Source of the DNA: Octopus sinensis
Taxonomy: Eukaryota
Length of the DNA: 64,000 nucleotides
NCBI RefSeq assembly: GCF_006345805.1
Contig: NC_043008.1
Span: 19,778,001-19,842,000 of the forward strand
Direction of reading: 5' to 3'
Positions within the stretch are counted from its first letter, which is position 1. Every line of letters starts with the position of its first letter. Position numbers and translations under genes: made by a program. Positions 13,176 through 25,271 of this stretch are shown here, piece after piece. The notes beneath the pieces are model-generated. The model saw only the letters and a list, made by a program, of their open reading frames with translations. It did not search any database and was not told the DNA's origin.

Positions 13176-14759
13176 TAAACCAAGAGGAAATGCCGGGTGG
13201 CAATTTCCCTCACGATAAGGAAATAAAATATTACGTAATATATATCATATATAATATACATGAAATGTGTGGGTGTTCTTGTGTGTGTGTGGTAATGCGT
13301 GGATATAAATATATATATATATATATATATATGTGTGAGTGTATGTGTGTCTGTACATCAGAATGTACATGTTATGTATGTGAACGTGTTGGCGCATGTA
13401 AATTCGTGTTTGTTTCTATAGATAAATGAGTATGTGATATCTCAGCACGTCTTCTGTGGAGAGACATTAAGAATTAAGAAATTATATTTCGCGAATATAA
13501 AACTATCAACCACTTGAAGATATTAACATTAACATCAATAGAATGTAAGAAAATGAAAGACCTAAGAATAAAACAACAACAAGGACAAATAATAAACAAA
13601 AGTGAATTTAACATATTTGTTGTATGTTAATATGAAATAATATCATTTTGGGATTAGTTTTCAACAGAACAATATTTGATATCAAATAGAGAAGAATAAT
13701 GGCAACATTTTAGCGTCTTTAAATATTAATGTTTTCTTATATAGAAGCAAAGCGACAATTTATTTTGGAAAATAAAAGTAAAACCGATTAATTTGACGCC
13801 GTTACGTCGCAAATACTTACTTTCAGCAACACCCAAATGAGATGTAAATATTAATCGGCTTTCGTGTGGTTTGAACCAGCGACTATAGAAAGAGCAGCTC
13901 TATTTGGCCCAACCACATTGAAAAGGTTTTGCCCTTATGCTTGTGTGATGGATTGTGTGTGTCAAGGAGCCTAATAGCTATACCGATCGAGCGAATGGTT
14001 GTAGTAGGTCAGCTCAAAGCATAGATGCGAGACTAATGTGGAATACCTCTTTCCAGATGTAAAAAATGGGTTTGCATAAGGTCAAAGCCCCTATCTAGAT
14101 AAAAGCAAAGATATCGAATCATCGATAACAATTCAAAACCAACAAGGACTGAATGAATAAACGTTAAGGAAATCAGTATGGATGAAATTGCCACTCGCCT
14201 AAAAGTTAAAAATCGGAAGCAAAACCTGAATATAATTCGCAAGGTTCGCTTTACACCCTTAACACATAATTTCTACTAATGATATCGTTATTACAGAATT
14301 CAGCCACCTTATTTTGCTTCTGGAAAGATTTCAAAGATCTTATCAGGTAAAAAAAGTCAATAAGCCAAACTATATCCGCAAAAAGCATATTCGGCGAGAA
14401 CGAAATCTTCAAACAATTGACTTACCTAGATTTTTCACATGGTACTTAAAAATCCTAATATTTGAGAATATCAAACCAGGTAAAATAATAAAATTAAAGA
14501 GAAAATGCGATTTAACAGAAAATCTATACTAGACATTCATACAACTATAGAAAGTATTATATATGAAGACAGTCGCATGTGTACATAAATAAATGTATGT
14601 GTTTGTATGTGTATACGTATACAGTTTTACGCTTTTACTTGTTTCAGTCATTTGATTGCGGCCATGCGGAGACTCCGCCTTTAGTCGAACAAATCGCCCC
14701 CCAGGACTTATTCCTTCATAAGCTTCCCCGCCGTCGGGGGGCGGGGCGCGTATGCAGCA

Positions 14760-14875
14760 GATAGAAGAGATAGGCAATAAGTACTTGGGGATATTGGAAA
14801 TGGATAAATCGATGGAGAAAGTAATGACAGAAAATATTAAGGTGGATTACTTACGCAGACTGAGACTGATCCTTA
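14760..14875 (+). mobile_element. R4/Dong reverse transcriptase remnant
   Basis: Translates EEIGNKYLGILEMDKSMEKVMTENIKVDYLRRLRLIL, the KYLG region of Dong RT. Confidence 0.7.
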
Positions 14876-14916
14876 AAGTAGAAATTTTTCCTTGGTCCAC
14901 CAGAGAAAATGTATGT

Positions 14917-15790
14917 CACTAATCCCCAACAGGGTCCAATGGACCCAATATTTTTCTTTTAATTAAATTTTATTGAAACTACCCCTATTTTTTAGCTACA
15001 TTATATATGCCATCAGGTGAATGAAGAATTACTCTTTCCCACAAATTTATTTTAAAAAATACGGCTTTCAGAATATATTATAAATTTTAAAAATTACAAA
15101 AATACAGAATTACAGTTCTTCATGGCAGTGAATATAGACAGCATTTGAATGTTCATGGCAAACATGGATGTTACAATTCTTACATGTAGTACGAGTTTCC
15201 CTGTCTTATTTTGGGCCACTCAAAGAACATCTTTTTTTCCTTGTCTGAGGAATCTCAAATGAAGTTGAAGACCGTCCTATTTTCTTCTTTGTTTGAGAAA
15301 CGTTAACAGAACTGAACTGGAAGACTGTTTGACATGTTCTTGTTTAGCGTTAACTCCAGCAAGTTCCTTTCCTTACTGAATATGCCACTGTCTTCTTTTA
15401 TGCTTGAAACTTTGCAAATGAATCTGTTTAGCTACAATGAAAGCATTCACTGCATTTATATCAATCATGTTGTAAAATGTAAACATGCGCGATCTTCGAG
15501 TCCTTCTACTGCAAGTGTATGTCCTTACCACCTTATCTAGGGTACCTAGTGTATCATTTGTGAAAGCACTTGGAAGTTCGACTCTGTTCTTCCTAACTAA
15601 AGTAGTTTTCTTGCTAAGCAGCTTTCGAGCCAAGCCTAGCTTTGCAAAAAAAATTATCATAAGCTATATTGCGACCAGTTTTTTCAAGTTCTTTTACTAG
15701 GTCTTCAACAACTCTTGAACCTTGATTTGTCTCTGTCTCTTCTGAGGAAGAGTATAAAAACTTGTGGTTATATGAAGACGATACAATCAC
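14917..15790 (-). mobile_element. Decayed piggyBac (PGBD4-like) transposon, 3' half
   Basis: Minus translation QGSRVVEDLVKELEKTGRNI..FF..LARKLL..TTLVRKNRVELP..TLDKVVRTYTCSRRTRR..FYNMIDINAVNAFI, then a Cys-rich tail (DRETRTTCKNCNIHVCHEHS). Subterminal GGGTCCAATGGACCC palindrome. Left boundary uncertain. Confidence 0.85.
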
Positions 15791-15831
15791 ACACTAAATA
15801 ATACCTAAATGATAATAATAATAATAATAAT

Positions 15832-15888
<57 letters not shown>

Positions 15889-15899
15889 CAGAAAAGAAA

Positions 15900-16285
15900 A
15901 ATAAGCATGTCTGATAATTGATAGCATATCCTGGCGCCAATATTACTGAAGAGAAAGAACCAGAAGGGGTAATCAATTATGATGAATTCAAGTGGAAATT
16001 ACGCAGGTTGTGGGCAACGAACAATGTGGACGTGAGGGTAATAATGATTCGTGCACTTGGAAGTTTCAGTAGACAACTACCAACATGGCTCAAAATTATT
16101 TGAACGAATGTAAAGAGAGAAAAATCTACAAAAAAAATCATCATGGCTTGGAGCTGCAGGAATACTCTGCAGGACTCTTGAAGCATAATCAGTAAAGTAG
16201 TTTCACCTTATGGTGTGGGCTGTGGACAGCTGCGACGTTGCATCATACCCAGCAAAATAAAGCTGAGATTTTTCATGCTATAATA
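15900..16285 (+). mobile_element. Decayed R4/Dong 3' end (endonuclease C-terminus plus short UTR) downstream of (TAA)n
   Basis: IAYPGANITEEKEPEGVINYDEFKWKLRRLW..VDVRVIMIRALG matches the RLE C-terminal pattern (D.A.P..EK..KY..L..LW..V.PI.IGALG). Confidence 0.75.
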
Positions 16286-16289
16286 TTCC

Positions 16290-16963
16290 TTTCTACCAAA
16301 GGCAAATGACCCGAAAATTTCGGGGAGGAGACTAGTCCATTATATCGTCACAAGTGTTTCACTGGTACTTCATTTATCTTCCCCGAAAGGATAAGTGGTA
16401 AAGTTAACCTCAGCGGAATTTGAACGCAGAACGTAGCGAAGGGCGAAACACCGCTAAGATTTTCGCCCAGTAGGCTAACGATTCTGTCACCTCGCCGCCT
16501 TTTTTCATGCTATAATAACCCTTTCTACTATAGCTACAAGGCCTGAAATTTCTGAGGCGGAACCTAATCAAGTACATCGACCCAAGTGTTTCCATGGTAC
16601 GTAATCTTTCGTCCCCGAATGGATAAAAGGCAAAGTCGACTCCAGCCGAATTTGAACTCAGAAAGTAACGACACGCAAAATATCGTTAAGCATTTCGTCC
16701 TGCGTGCTAACGATTCTGCCAACAGGTCGCCTTTTCTGATGCTATAATAATCCTTCCTATATTAGGCACAGGGCCTGAAACGTAAGGGAAGGGTAATAGT
16801 CGATTACATCGTCTCCAGTGTTTCACTGGTACTTATTTATTGGCCCCGAAAAGATGAAAGGCAAAGTCGACCTCGGTGGTAGTTTAACTCAGAACGTAGC
16901 GGCAGACGAAATATTGCGAAGCATCTTTCCCAGCGTGCTAACGATTCTGCAAACTCGCCGCCT
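16290..16963 (-). mobile_element. Three tandem Meta-type SINEs, ~230-bp period
   Basis: Three diverged SINE bodies separated by a recurring TTCATGCTATAATA motif. Confidence 0.85.
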
Positions 16964-17139
16964 TTCTTCATGCTATAATAATAAGAATTACTCGGTACTA
17001 GTAATATCGAAAACATCACCGAAACAGTGTAAAAATTCAAGAACAGAATTGTGTATTACTGGACAAATAATTGAAAGTTTAGGAGCTTCAGGAATATGAT
17101 TGTTGTAAGACAGATCGAAAATGAGTAACTGAATTCCTA

Positions 17140-17430
17140 AATAAAGCCCCAGGTTGAAGCCATTATAACGAATTTCACAAAGATGAATGTTAATAGAACC
17201 CTGCTATAGAGCAGGTGCTGAAGGAATGAGAAAAAGGACAGATGTATTGACCAACTCTATACTCAGCGCAGAAAGTTAGCTCAAAATAAATATGTAGACA
17301 TGATTGCATAGTTTAGTGCATTGTGATTTTAACTATGTTAGTAAATTCGAAGTGAGAGAATGTGGCTTCAACATAAGTCAGAAGCTGTGATGGTGAGTAA
17401 TTGCAGGATTTTATTTTGTTTTACTATGGA
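17140..17430 (+). mobile_element. Highly decayed R4/Dong zinc-finger region
   Basis: Residual RKLAQNKY..HD.IA.LVH and H.SEAV motifs with stops and frameshifts. Confidence 0.5.
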
Positions 17431-17650
17431 GATTACACTTACTCTCTTTTACTCTTTTACTTGTTTCAGTCATTTGACTGCGGCCATGCTGGAGCACCGC
17501 CTTTAGTCGAGCAACTCGACCCCGGGACTTATTCTTTGTAAGCCCAGTACTTATTCTATCGGTCTCTTTTTTGCCGAACCGCTAAGTGACGGGGACGTAA
17601 ACACACCAGCATCGGTTGTCAAGCAATGCTAAGGGGACAAACACAGACAG

Positions 17651-17699
<49 letters not shown>

Positions 17700-18175
17700 T
17701 ACGACAGGCTTCTTTCAGTTTCCGTCTACCAAATCTACTCACAAGGTATTGGTCAGCCCGGGGCTATAGCAAAACAGAAACTTGCCCAAGATGCCACGCA
17801 GTGGGACTGAACCTGGACCATGTGGTTGGTAGGCAAGCTACTTACCACACAGCCACTCCTGCGTATATATGTATATATTATATATGTATATATGTTATAT
17901 GTTATATATGTAATATGTATATAATATATATATATATTATATATATATATACATATATACGACAGGCTTCTTTCAGTTTCCGTCTACCAAATCTACTCAC
18001 AAGGTATTGGTCAGCCGGGGCTATAGCAGAAGACACTTGCCCAAGATGCCACGCAGTGGGACTGAACCTGGAACCATGTGGTTGGTAGGCAAGCTACTTA
18101 CCACACAGCCACTCCTGCGTATATATGTATATATATATATATATGTATATATATGTATATATGTATATATATGTA

Positions 18176-18218
<43 letters not shown>

Positions 18219-18359
18219 TTACGACAGGCTTCTTTCAGTTTCCGTCTATCAAATCCACTCACAAGGCATTGGTCAGCCCTGGGCTACAGCAGAAGACACT
18301 TGCCCAAGATGCCACGCAGTGGGACTGAACCCGGAACCATGTGGTTGGTTAGCAAGCTA

Positions 18360-20543
18360 GTTTATTTCAAAACATTTGCCATAAAGGCAGTACACAGATT
18401 AAGTTAGCTTTCCGGGCTGGACGAGGACATTAATGAGGTGAATGATAATGAAAGAAAGATGATAAGGATGGGAGAAGACAAAAAGCGCCCGCCGACTTTT
18501 GCTTCTCTAAAACATTGTTCTTTTTAAAGATAAACACAAAACGAGGTATTAAACCTCTTACAATTTTTACAAAACGAGGTATTAATCCTCTTACAATTTT
18601 TCAATTTTTGGACTTAAGTCCATTACTAATAATACATATCGTCCTCGAAATAGCTTGTGCCCGCGCCCTCCACCATCAACCACGCCTCCCTCAGAACGTA
18701 ATCAAGTTCCGAGTTCGCGTCGCCCGGGACCAAGTTATAATCTTCATTGAGCTCCTTTAGCCCAAGCGTCACGTCGAACGCCACGGCCTCCACAGCTAAC
18801 TGCGGAGGCCGTTCGGGGTCCTGTGTGAAGGCTAAAGGTGCTCCCTTGTAGTGCTCTTTTTCAATTTCTCCTCCTCTATAGAAGAGGACCAATACATTCA
18901 GTTCTTTCGTTGGCGGCACAGTTCCCGCCAACGGTATTCCTTCTATTGTCGGTGGCACAACTCCAACCGACGTAGTTCCGGGACATTCCGGTGCTACACT
19001 GACAGCCGGTAATGTCCCGTTTTTCTTCCTCTTTTTCTTTTTTTTTCCTTTTCAACTGAGGGAGGGTGCGCTCCTCCGTGGCTGGAAGATTCGCCTTCCT
19101 CTCCTCATCCCTATTATCCTTTGGTGAGCACCATTGTTGCTCCTTCCTCTTTCGGCCTCTGTTTGAGGAGTCCTCTGCTTTACGGCTGTTATCGTTCCCT
19201 CTTCTAGAGGGGTTTTACTTAACTGTTCCGGGATCCTTTTGTTCCCGAGGACAGTTCTTCTTTATGTGGCCGGACTCCAAGCACCGATGACACTTAGGGG
19301 GGCGACCCTGAAGCATCACCGGGTACCTGCACCAGGCCATTTTCAAAAAATCTGGAAGAACCAGATTGGCTGATTGGGTCCACAGGGTCAAAATTGCTTT
19401 TGACCCAACCCAAGCAGCCGCAGGAAGAACTTTTACATTGAGGAGCTTAGTTTCGCTGTCACCCAGACCCCGGCGGATAGTCTCCTCTATCCACTCGGGT
19501 TCTATGTCGGGTGGCAATCCGCAGATCCAAGCTTTCATCAATTTCTTTTTTTTGTACGTGGGCAGGAATAAGATTTCCTTACCCTCCAGGGGTTTGCTAG
19601 CAAATTTGCAAGCCTTTTCAGGGGTGTCAAATAGCAACCACACCGTTGCATATTTGACACCCCTGGAAATGAATTTAATTGTTGGCAAATACTCTACCAA
19701 CTCCTCCTCAATTGCCGTCTTTTCGAATAGGGCGATGGTGTCGAGTGCCTTGGAGTAGGTTCTCAACACCACCGTCCTATCTTCACGGTCTTTTAACCAC
19801 TTTTTAGGTGGTATGATTTCCCACTCCAAATTTTTTTTACTTTTCATTGCCATGTTTTTTTTAAAATATATTCAAATTAAACTCAAAAAGCAGGAAGAAA
19901 AAAGTTCAAAAGTCCAAATAAAATTTGATAGATTTTGAAAAAAACAAAAAGGAGAAAGCACAACAGAAGGGAAGAAATCAACGGAAAGTCGCAATAAAGA
20001 AAAAAAACAAAAGGGGGGCTTAAATGAAGTTCCAAAAGAAAGTTAATAACAGAAAAAACACAGCAAAAATATTCTGGCCTTGCGGTACCCGGCCTGGGTT
20101 GAACCTGGAACGCCGCAACTGCAACACAACCTCCACAAAAATGGGTCCGAAAGGTAATCCAATAGTGGCTTATTTTTATAATTTTCTTGCGAAGTACTCT
20201 GACAAGGGAATAAATTCAACAAACCCAAACACAGCACTGGCTACCGCCAACGGTAATTTTAACAGTAACTGTATTGAATTCTGAGGATACGCCCCTCCAC
20301 TGTTTTTTCTTTTTTTTCAATGAACACAAAAACGGCAGCCGCCGAGAGTAGGCGAAATTGTCTCAGAGTTGGACACAACTTACTGAAATAATAATTGGCA
20401 CGCAATAAATTATGCCCAACTCACAATAAACAAAATCACTTACCTCGACAACTTTTTTGGTCTTTTTTCTTTAATTGGATGGGGCTGATTGACTCGCGTC
20501 CACTCTAGCTGAACAGGAAGCAACTGACTAATTGCGCATGTGC
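18360..20543 (-). mobile_element. ORF1-only (half-LINE-like) L1/Tx1-related non-autonomous retroelement with 12/13-bp TSD
   Basis: Flanks GTTAGCAAGCTA (18348-18359) and GTTAGCAAAGCTA (20544-20556). About 690 nt of 5' UTR, one disrupted ORF, then a ~265-nt 3' UTR ending GAAATAAA. No endonuclease or RT sequence. Confidence 0.8.
18626..19853 (-). CDS. Disrupted ORF1/Gag-like nucleic-acid-binding protein (~408 aa reconstructed) with a CCHC knuckle
   Basis: ORF 19215-19853 ends GRPPKCHRCLESGHIKKNC (CX2CX4HX4C). It continues past one TAA and a one-base frameshift (probably in the A-run near 19040) into ORF 18626-18958. Confidence 0.75.
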
Positions 20544-20799
20544 GTTAGCAAAGCTACTTACCACACAGCCTCTCCTGCGCCTATGATTGATTATAGTTTT
20601 GATTGATTATAGATTGATTATAGTTTTGAAGCAAAGAGAACATTCGGAAAAGAAATGCAAGATGACTGACTTTAAAATCTCAATTAATATTAGAGTGGCA
20701 TCAAGGAAATTGTGAAAACTGAAAATTTCAAGACCTTAAGGAATAAAGAGATAATGAAACTCATGAATGAAAAATGTTGCTGAGATACATAGTGTGTAT

Positions 20800-21030
20800 T
20801 CCGTAATATCTTCTAGGTCGACTATCAGTTATAAGCAGTTTAGTGATGACATTAGGATGGAATTTAGCTTTTAGAAATGCGTAAAAGCTACCTCCATCAC
20901 TGGGAAACTGTCAGAATCTCCTAAACTCGAAGTTGATCTACAAATAGCTATAAAGGAATAAGAACCTGAGGAAGGGCATAAAGACTTGTAATTATATGAA
21001 TACGATGGAATCTACTGAGAAGGACAAACG
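20800..21030 (+). mobile_element. Decayed R4/Dong RT remnant
   Basis: QFSDDIRMEFSF*KCVKAT..GKL...IKE*EPEEGHKDL matches the FS.DIGMEFG..KC.....IKEL..EE.YKYLG pattern. Confidence 0.65.
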
Positions 21031-21284
21031 GAAGAATATTGGAACTGAGTCCTGTATTCTCGATCTGCAGACATGTACCATCCAGAATTCAATAAGAATC
21101 CAAATATTCTCAAAATTCTTAATGACTTATTCTCATCAAATCTCAAAATTATTTTCATGTTAATTTAATTAGCATGTAAGAGCTTTACGCGCAGCAATAG
21201 TTATAATAATAATGTTAATAATAATAATAATGATAATAATAATAATAATAAGATAATATAATAATAATAATAATAATAATAATA

Positions 21285-22490
21285 AATGCCTGATGCAGTA
21301 CCAGGCAGTGGCTCTCATGGCTTCTGATCTTAACTGATTGGAAGTGTTATCATGTACATTGTTTTGTCTTGGTATAAAAGATGGGCTACAGCAAATATTC
21401 TGCTCAATACCACAGATTTGCTTGTCAGTTGTTTGACCTTAACCAGTGAGAATGTCCTTAGTGGCTGACGATATGTGCATCTCTGATCACGAGCAGAAGT
21501 AGTGGGGGAGCATCATAGCCATGTGTTGAGAGGGATTCTTTGGGGTTTGAATAGTTCACCTCTGGAAACATGGGTGGTTCTTTCAACATCCTTAAACAAC
21601 CCTTATTCAGGGACCGTTTGAGCGGGATGGGCTACTCAACCTGAAGAAAATTCTAACTGGGCCCCACCTGCAAGGTCATGTGCTGTTTATCTTGATATGA
21701 GATCACCATGTCGCGCACATATGGTTGTGATGCATGTGCCTGGTGTACCTTTATCAGACGGGTAGTCATGATGGGTATATTGGGCTTCATATATTTTACC
21801 CCAGTGTCACTTTGATGGCATGAACTGCTCTCTCACTCAATAATAATAATAACAACAACACTAATGATAATAATAATGATGACATCTAAAAAATAACCCT
21901 GCTAGGAACAGCCCACCTCCTATGCAAAACATTATAAATTCAATACCAGGCAGTGGCTCTCATGGCTTCTGATCTTAACTGATTGGAAGTGTTATCATGT
22001 ACATTGTTTTGTCTTGGTATAAAAGATGGGCTACAGCAAATATTCTGCTCAATAGCACAGATTTGCTTGTCAGTTGTTTGACCATAACCAGTTGAGCATG
22101 TCCCTTAGGGGCTGACGATATGTGCATCTCTGATCACGAGCAGAAGTAGTGGGGGAGCATCATAGCCATGTGTTGAGAGGGATTCTTTGGGGTTTGAATA
22201 ATTCACCTCTGGAAGCATGGGTGGTTCTTTCAACATCCTTAACTAAAAAACTTATTCAGGGACCTTTTGAGCGGGATGGGCTACTCAACCTGAAGAAAAT
22301 TCTAACTGGGCCCCACCTGCAAGGTCATGTGCTGTTTATCTTGATATGAGATTACCATGTCGCGCACATATGGTTGTGATGCATGTGCCTGGTGTAACTT
22401 TATCAGACGGGTAGTCATGATGGGTATATTTGGCTTCGTATATTTTAACCCAATGTCACTTTGATGGCATGCACTGCTCTCTCACTCAAT
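21285..22490 (+). mobile_element. Two tandem R4/Dong 3' ends with a ~555-nt 3' UTR (21285-21840, 21887-22490) in (TAA)n
   Basis: The two copies are near-identical. The second is preceded by KITLLGTAHLLCKTL*IQ, the Dong ORF C-terminus. Both end CTCTCTCACTCAATAATAAT. Confidence 0.85.
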
Positions 22491-22512
22491 AATAATAATA
22501 ATAATAATAATG

Positions 22513-22562
<50 letters not shown>

Positions 22563-22959
22563 TAGATAACTATTAGACACTCTACATGATGATAATGCTT
22601 TTTTTGAAAAACGTTGAACATTTATATATGTACACACACACACACGCACACACACATATATATATATATATATATTCATATAATTATTTTGATTATTGAA
22701 ATACGAAGGCAAAAATAAATAGATACATAAAGAATCCATATAATTTGGTCTCCTAACCAGTGGCATATTATGTGTAAAGCAATTAGATCTTTCAGCGATT
22801 AGATTAAGACAAATGGCGTCAGAGATTTTGAACCAGACAAAATCTTCTTTTGTATCCGTATTTCTAGATATTTCTATCACTTTCTTTAATACAACCTTCT
22901 AAAATTTCGAGCTCTCTAGATAATGACATAATTTCAATATATATTGCATGTATGTTTAG

Positions 22960-23595
22960 CATAGTAATAATAATAATAACAATAATAATGATAATGATTG
23001 ATAATAATAATAATAATAATAATAATAGTAATGTTAATCATAACAACAACAATAATACTAATAATACTACTACTACTAATAATAATAGTGATGATAATAT
23101 TAATAATAATGGTGATAATAATAACAACAATAATAGTAATAGTAATAATAATAATAATAATAATGATCATAATAATAACAATAATAATAATAAAAATACT
23201 AATACTACTACTACTACTACTACTAATAATAATAATAGTGATGATAATATTAATAATAATAATAATGATAATAGTAATGTTAATCATAACAACAACAATA
23301 ATAATAATAATACTAATAATAATGATAATAATAGTGATGATAATATTAATAATATTAATAATAATAGTGATAATAATAACAACAATAATAGTAATAGTAA
23401 TAATAATAAACATCGAAAAATACTAATAATAATAAAAATACTAATACTAATAATAATAAGAAGAAGAACAAGAACAAGAAAAAAGAAGAAGAAGAAGAAG
23501 AAGAAGAAGAAGAAGAAGAAGAAGAAGAAGAAGAAGAAGAAGAAGAAGAAGAAGAAGAAGAAGAAGAAGAAGAAGAAGAAGAAGAAGAATGAAAA
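22960..23595. repeat. Degenerate (AAT)n with internal higher-order duplications, followed by pure (GAA)n
   Basis: AGTAATGTTAATCATAACAACAACAATAAT occurs twice and AATAATAGTGATGATAATATTAATAAT three times; about 35 GAA units at 23480-23590. Confidence 0.95.
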
Positions 23596-23959
23596 TGAGA
23601 AAACAGTAATGGTAGCAATGATAGTGGTTATAGAGAAATGTTACAGAATATCAAATTGGAGAGAGATAAAGAAAATTATTATTTGCGGAGAAAATTTGAT
23701 AGAAATCCACTTTCTCACGAAGAAAACATACTTATTATCAAACCCAAAATATTCAAAATACAAGGTATATGTAGTGAAGATGTATCTATATAACAAAGAT
23801 TTATGCGTGATTTATTAATATGAGAAGACTATCATTATGAATGTCGACTGTTTGTCTCTCCATAAAATATGATATAATATTACATGCATAAAATGATATA
23901 GTACTTACACACATATACTCACTCAGGTACAGACACATACACACACACACACACACTCT

Positions 23960-24010
<51 letters not shown>

Positions 24011-24101
24011 GCGTTTGGGTATATATACATGTATAGCTATATGTATATATGTTTATGACTGACATTTAGAAGAAATTTCAGAGCTACTTCCAAGTTTTGC
24101 C

Positions 24102-24136
<35 letters not shown>

Positions 24137-24711
24137 GTATGTGCGTGTAAGTATGCGTATATAAAATATATATATATATACATACACACACGCATATATA
24201 TATATATATATATATATGGGTGTGTGTGTGTGAGTATGTATATATATATATATGTATGCATGTATGGATGTATTTACGTACGTATGTACATACATATATA
24301 TATATATATACATACATATATATATATATATTATATATATATATATGCACATACGCGTGTGTGTGTGTGAATGCATGCATGTGTGTATATAGTAATAGAA
24401 ATGAGAGATTGAAGAAATGCTTGTGAATAATACCATGCCCCATTCCAAGTTCACTTTTCCTAATTTTTACCTTTTAATCTAATTCTGCGCAATGTAGTTA
24501 ACTTGATTCAATTTTATTTTATTTTAACTCATGATTTTTCCATGTATTCATAACGCACACTGTTACACTTCCTCCTGTCTCATTTCCAGGTACATCCAAA
24601 GCCTACACACTCCAACCAGTAGTAAACATATATAGTTATAATTCCTATTGACTTGCTTGCGTTTATGCTTCATGATATCTTGACCTGCTAAGATTGCGAT
24701 TTTAGCAAGTA

Positions 24712-25271
24712 TTGGGCTGTCCGGAGAGTTCGTGCCGATTTATAGTAACTTACCTTTCGACTTTTTTTAGAACATGGTTAAGTTCATAAAATGGGATCTG
24801 ACTACACCTCCATTTAGAGCACAGTTTAAGCTATCTTATCGTGGAAGAAGGTTTATGTTCCTATTACCTGTGTTAATTCTGTAACACTTTAAAATAGAAG
24901 ATAAGAAAGTTCATTTTCGGCACTTGATGCTTTGGGAACCAGACAAAAACTGCTGCAGCTCGCCTGGGATGTGTTCCCCACCCTCCATATTCACCACATA
25001 TTGCTCCTTTGGACTTGTTCAAGTCTCTGCAGAATAGTCTTAATGGTAAAAAATTCAATTCCTTGGATGATGTATAAAGATACCTTGATGAATTCTTTTC
25101 CATGAAACCACCTCAATTCTGGGAAGAGGGTATTTCCAAGTTAAAGGAAAGATGGAGACGCATTGTGCAAGACAATAGTTCATATTTGGTTGATTAAGAA
25201 TGCAATGGCAAGTATTTATTGACCTTTTTTCTTTCCTTTAAAAATCGGCACGAACTTTCCGGACAACCCTA
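24712..25271 (+). mobile_element. Internally deleted mariner transposon with both TIRs and TA flanks
   Basis: Left TTGGGCTGTCCGGAGAGTTCGTGCCGATTT and right AAATCGGCACGAACTTTCCGGACAACCCTA. The N-terminal EDKKVHFRHLML is joined to TRQKLLQLAWDV..HPPYSPHIAP..SLQNSLNGKKF..KLKERWRRIV. Confidence 0.92.

Larger units (their letters stand above)
17445..20582 (-). mobile_element. CORE-like SINE with triplicated head plus (TA)n (17700-17855, 17960-18120, 18220-18359/20544-20582); the third head is split by a 2.18-kb insertion
   Basis: One 3' half at 17445-17650 followed by three near-identical 5' halves; the last resumes at 20557 with CTTACCACACAGCC. Confidence 0.85.

Noticed and set aside
22952-23818. 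288-aa Asn/Lys-rich ORF
   Set aside because: It is the translation of (AAT)n and (GAA)n microsatellites; overlapping frames are equally open.
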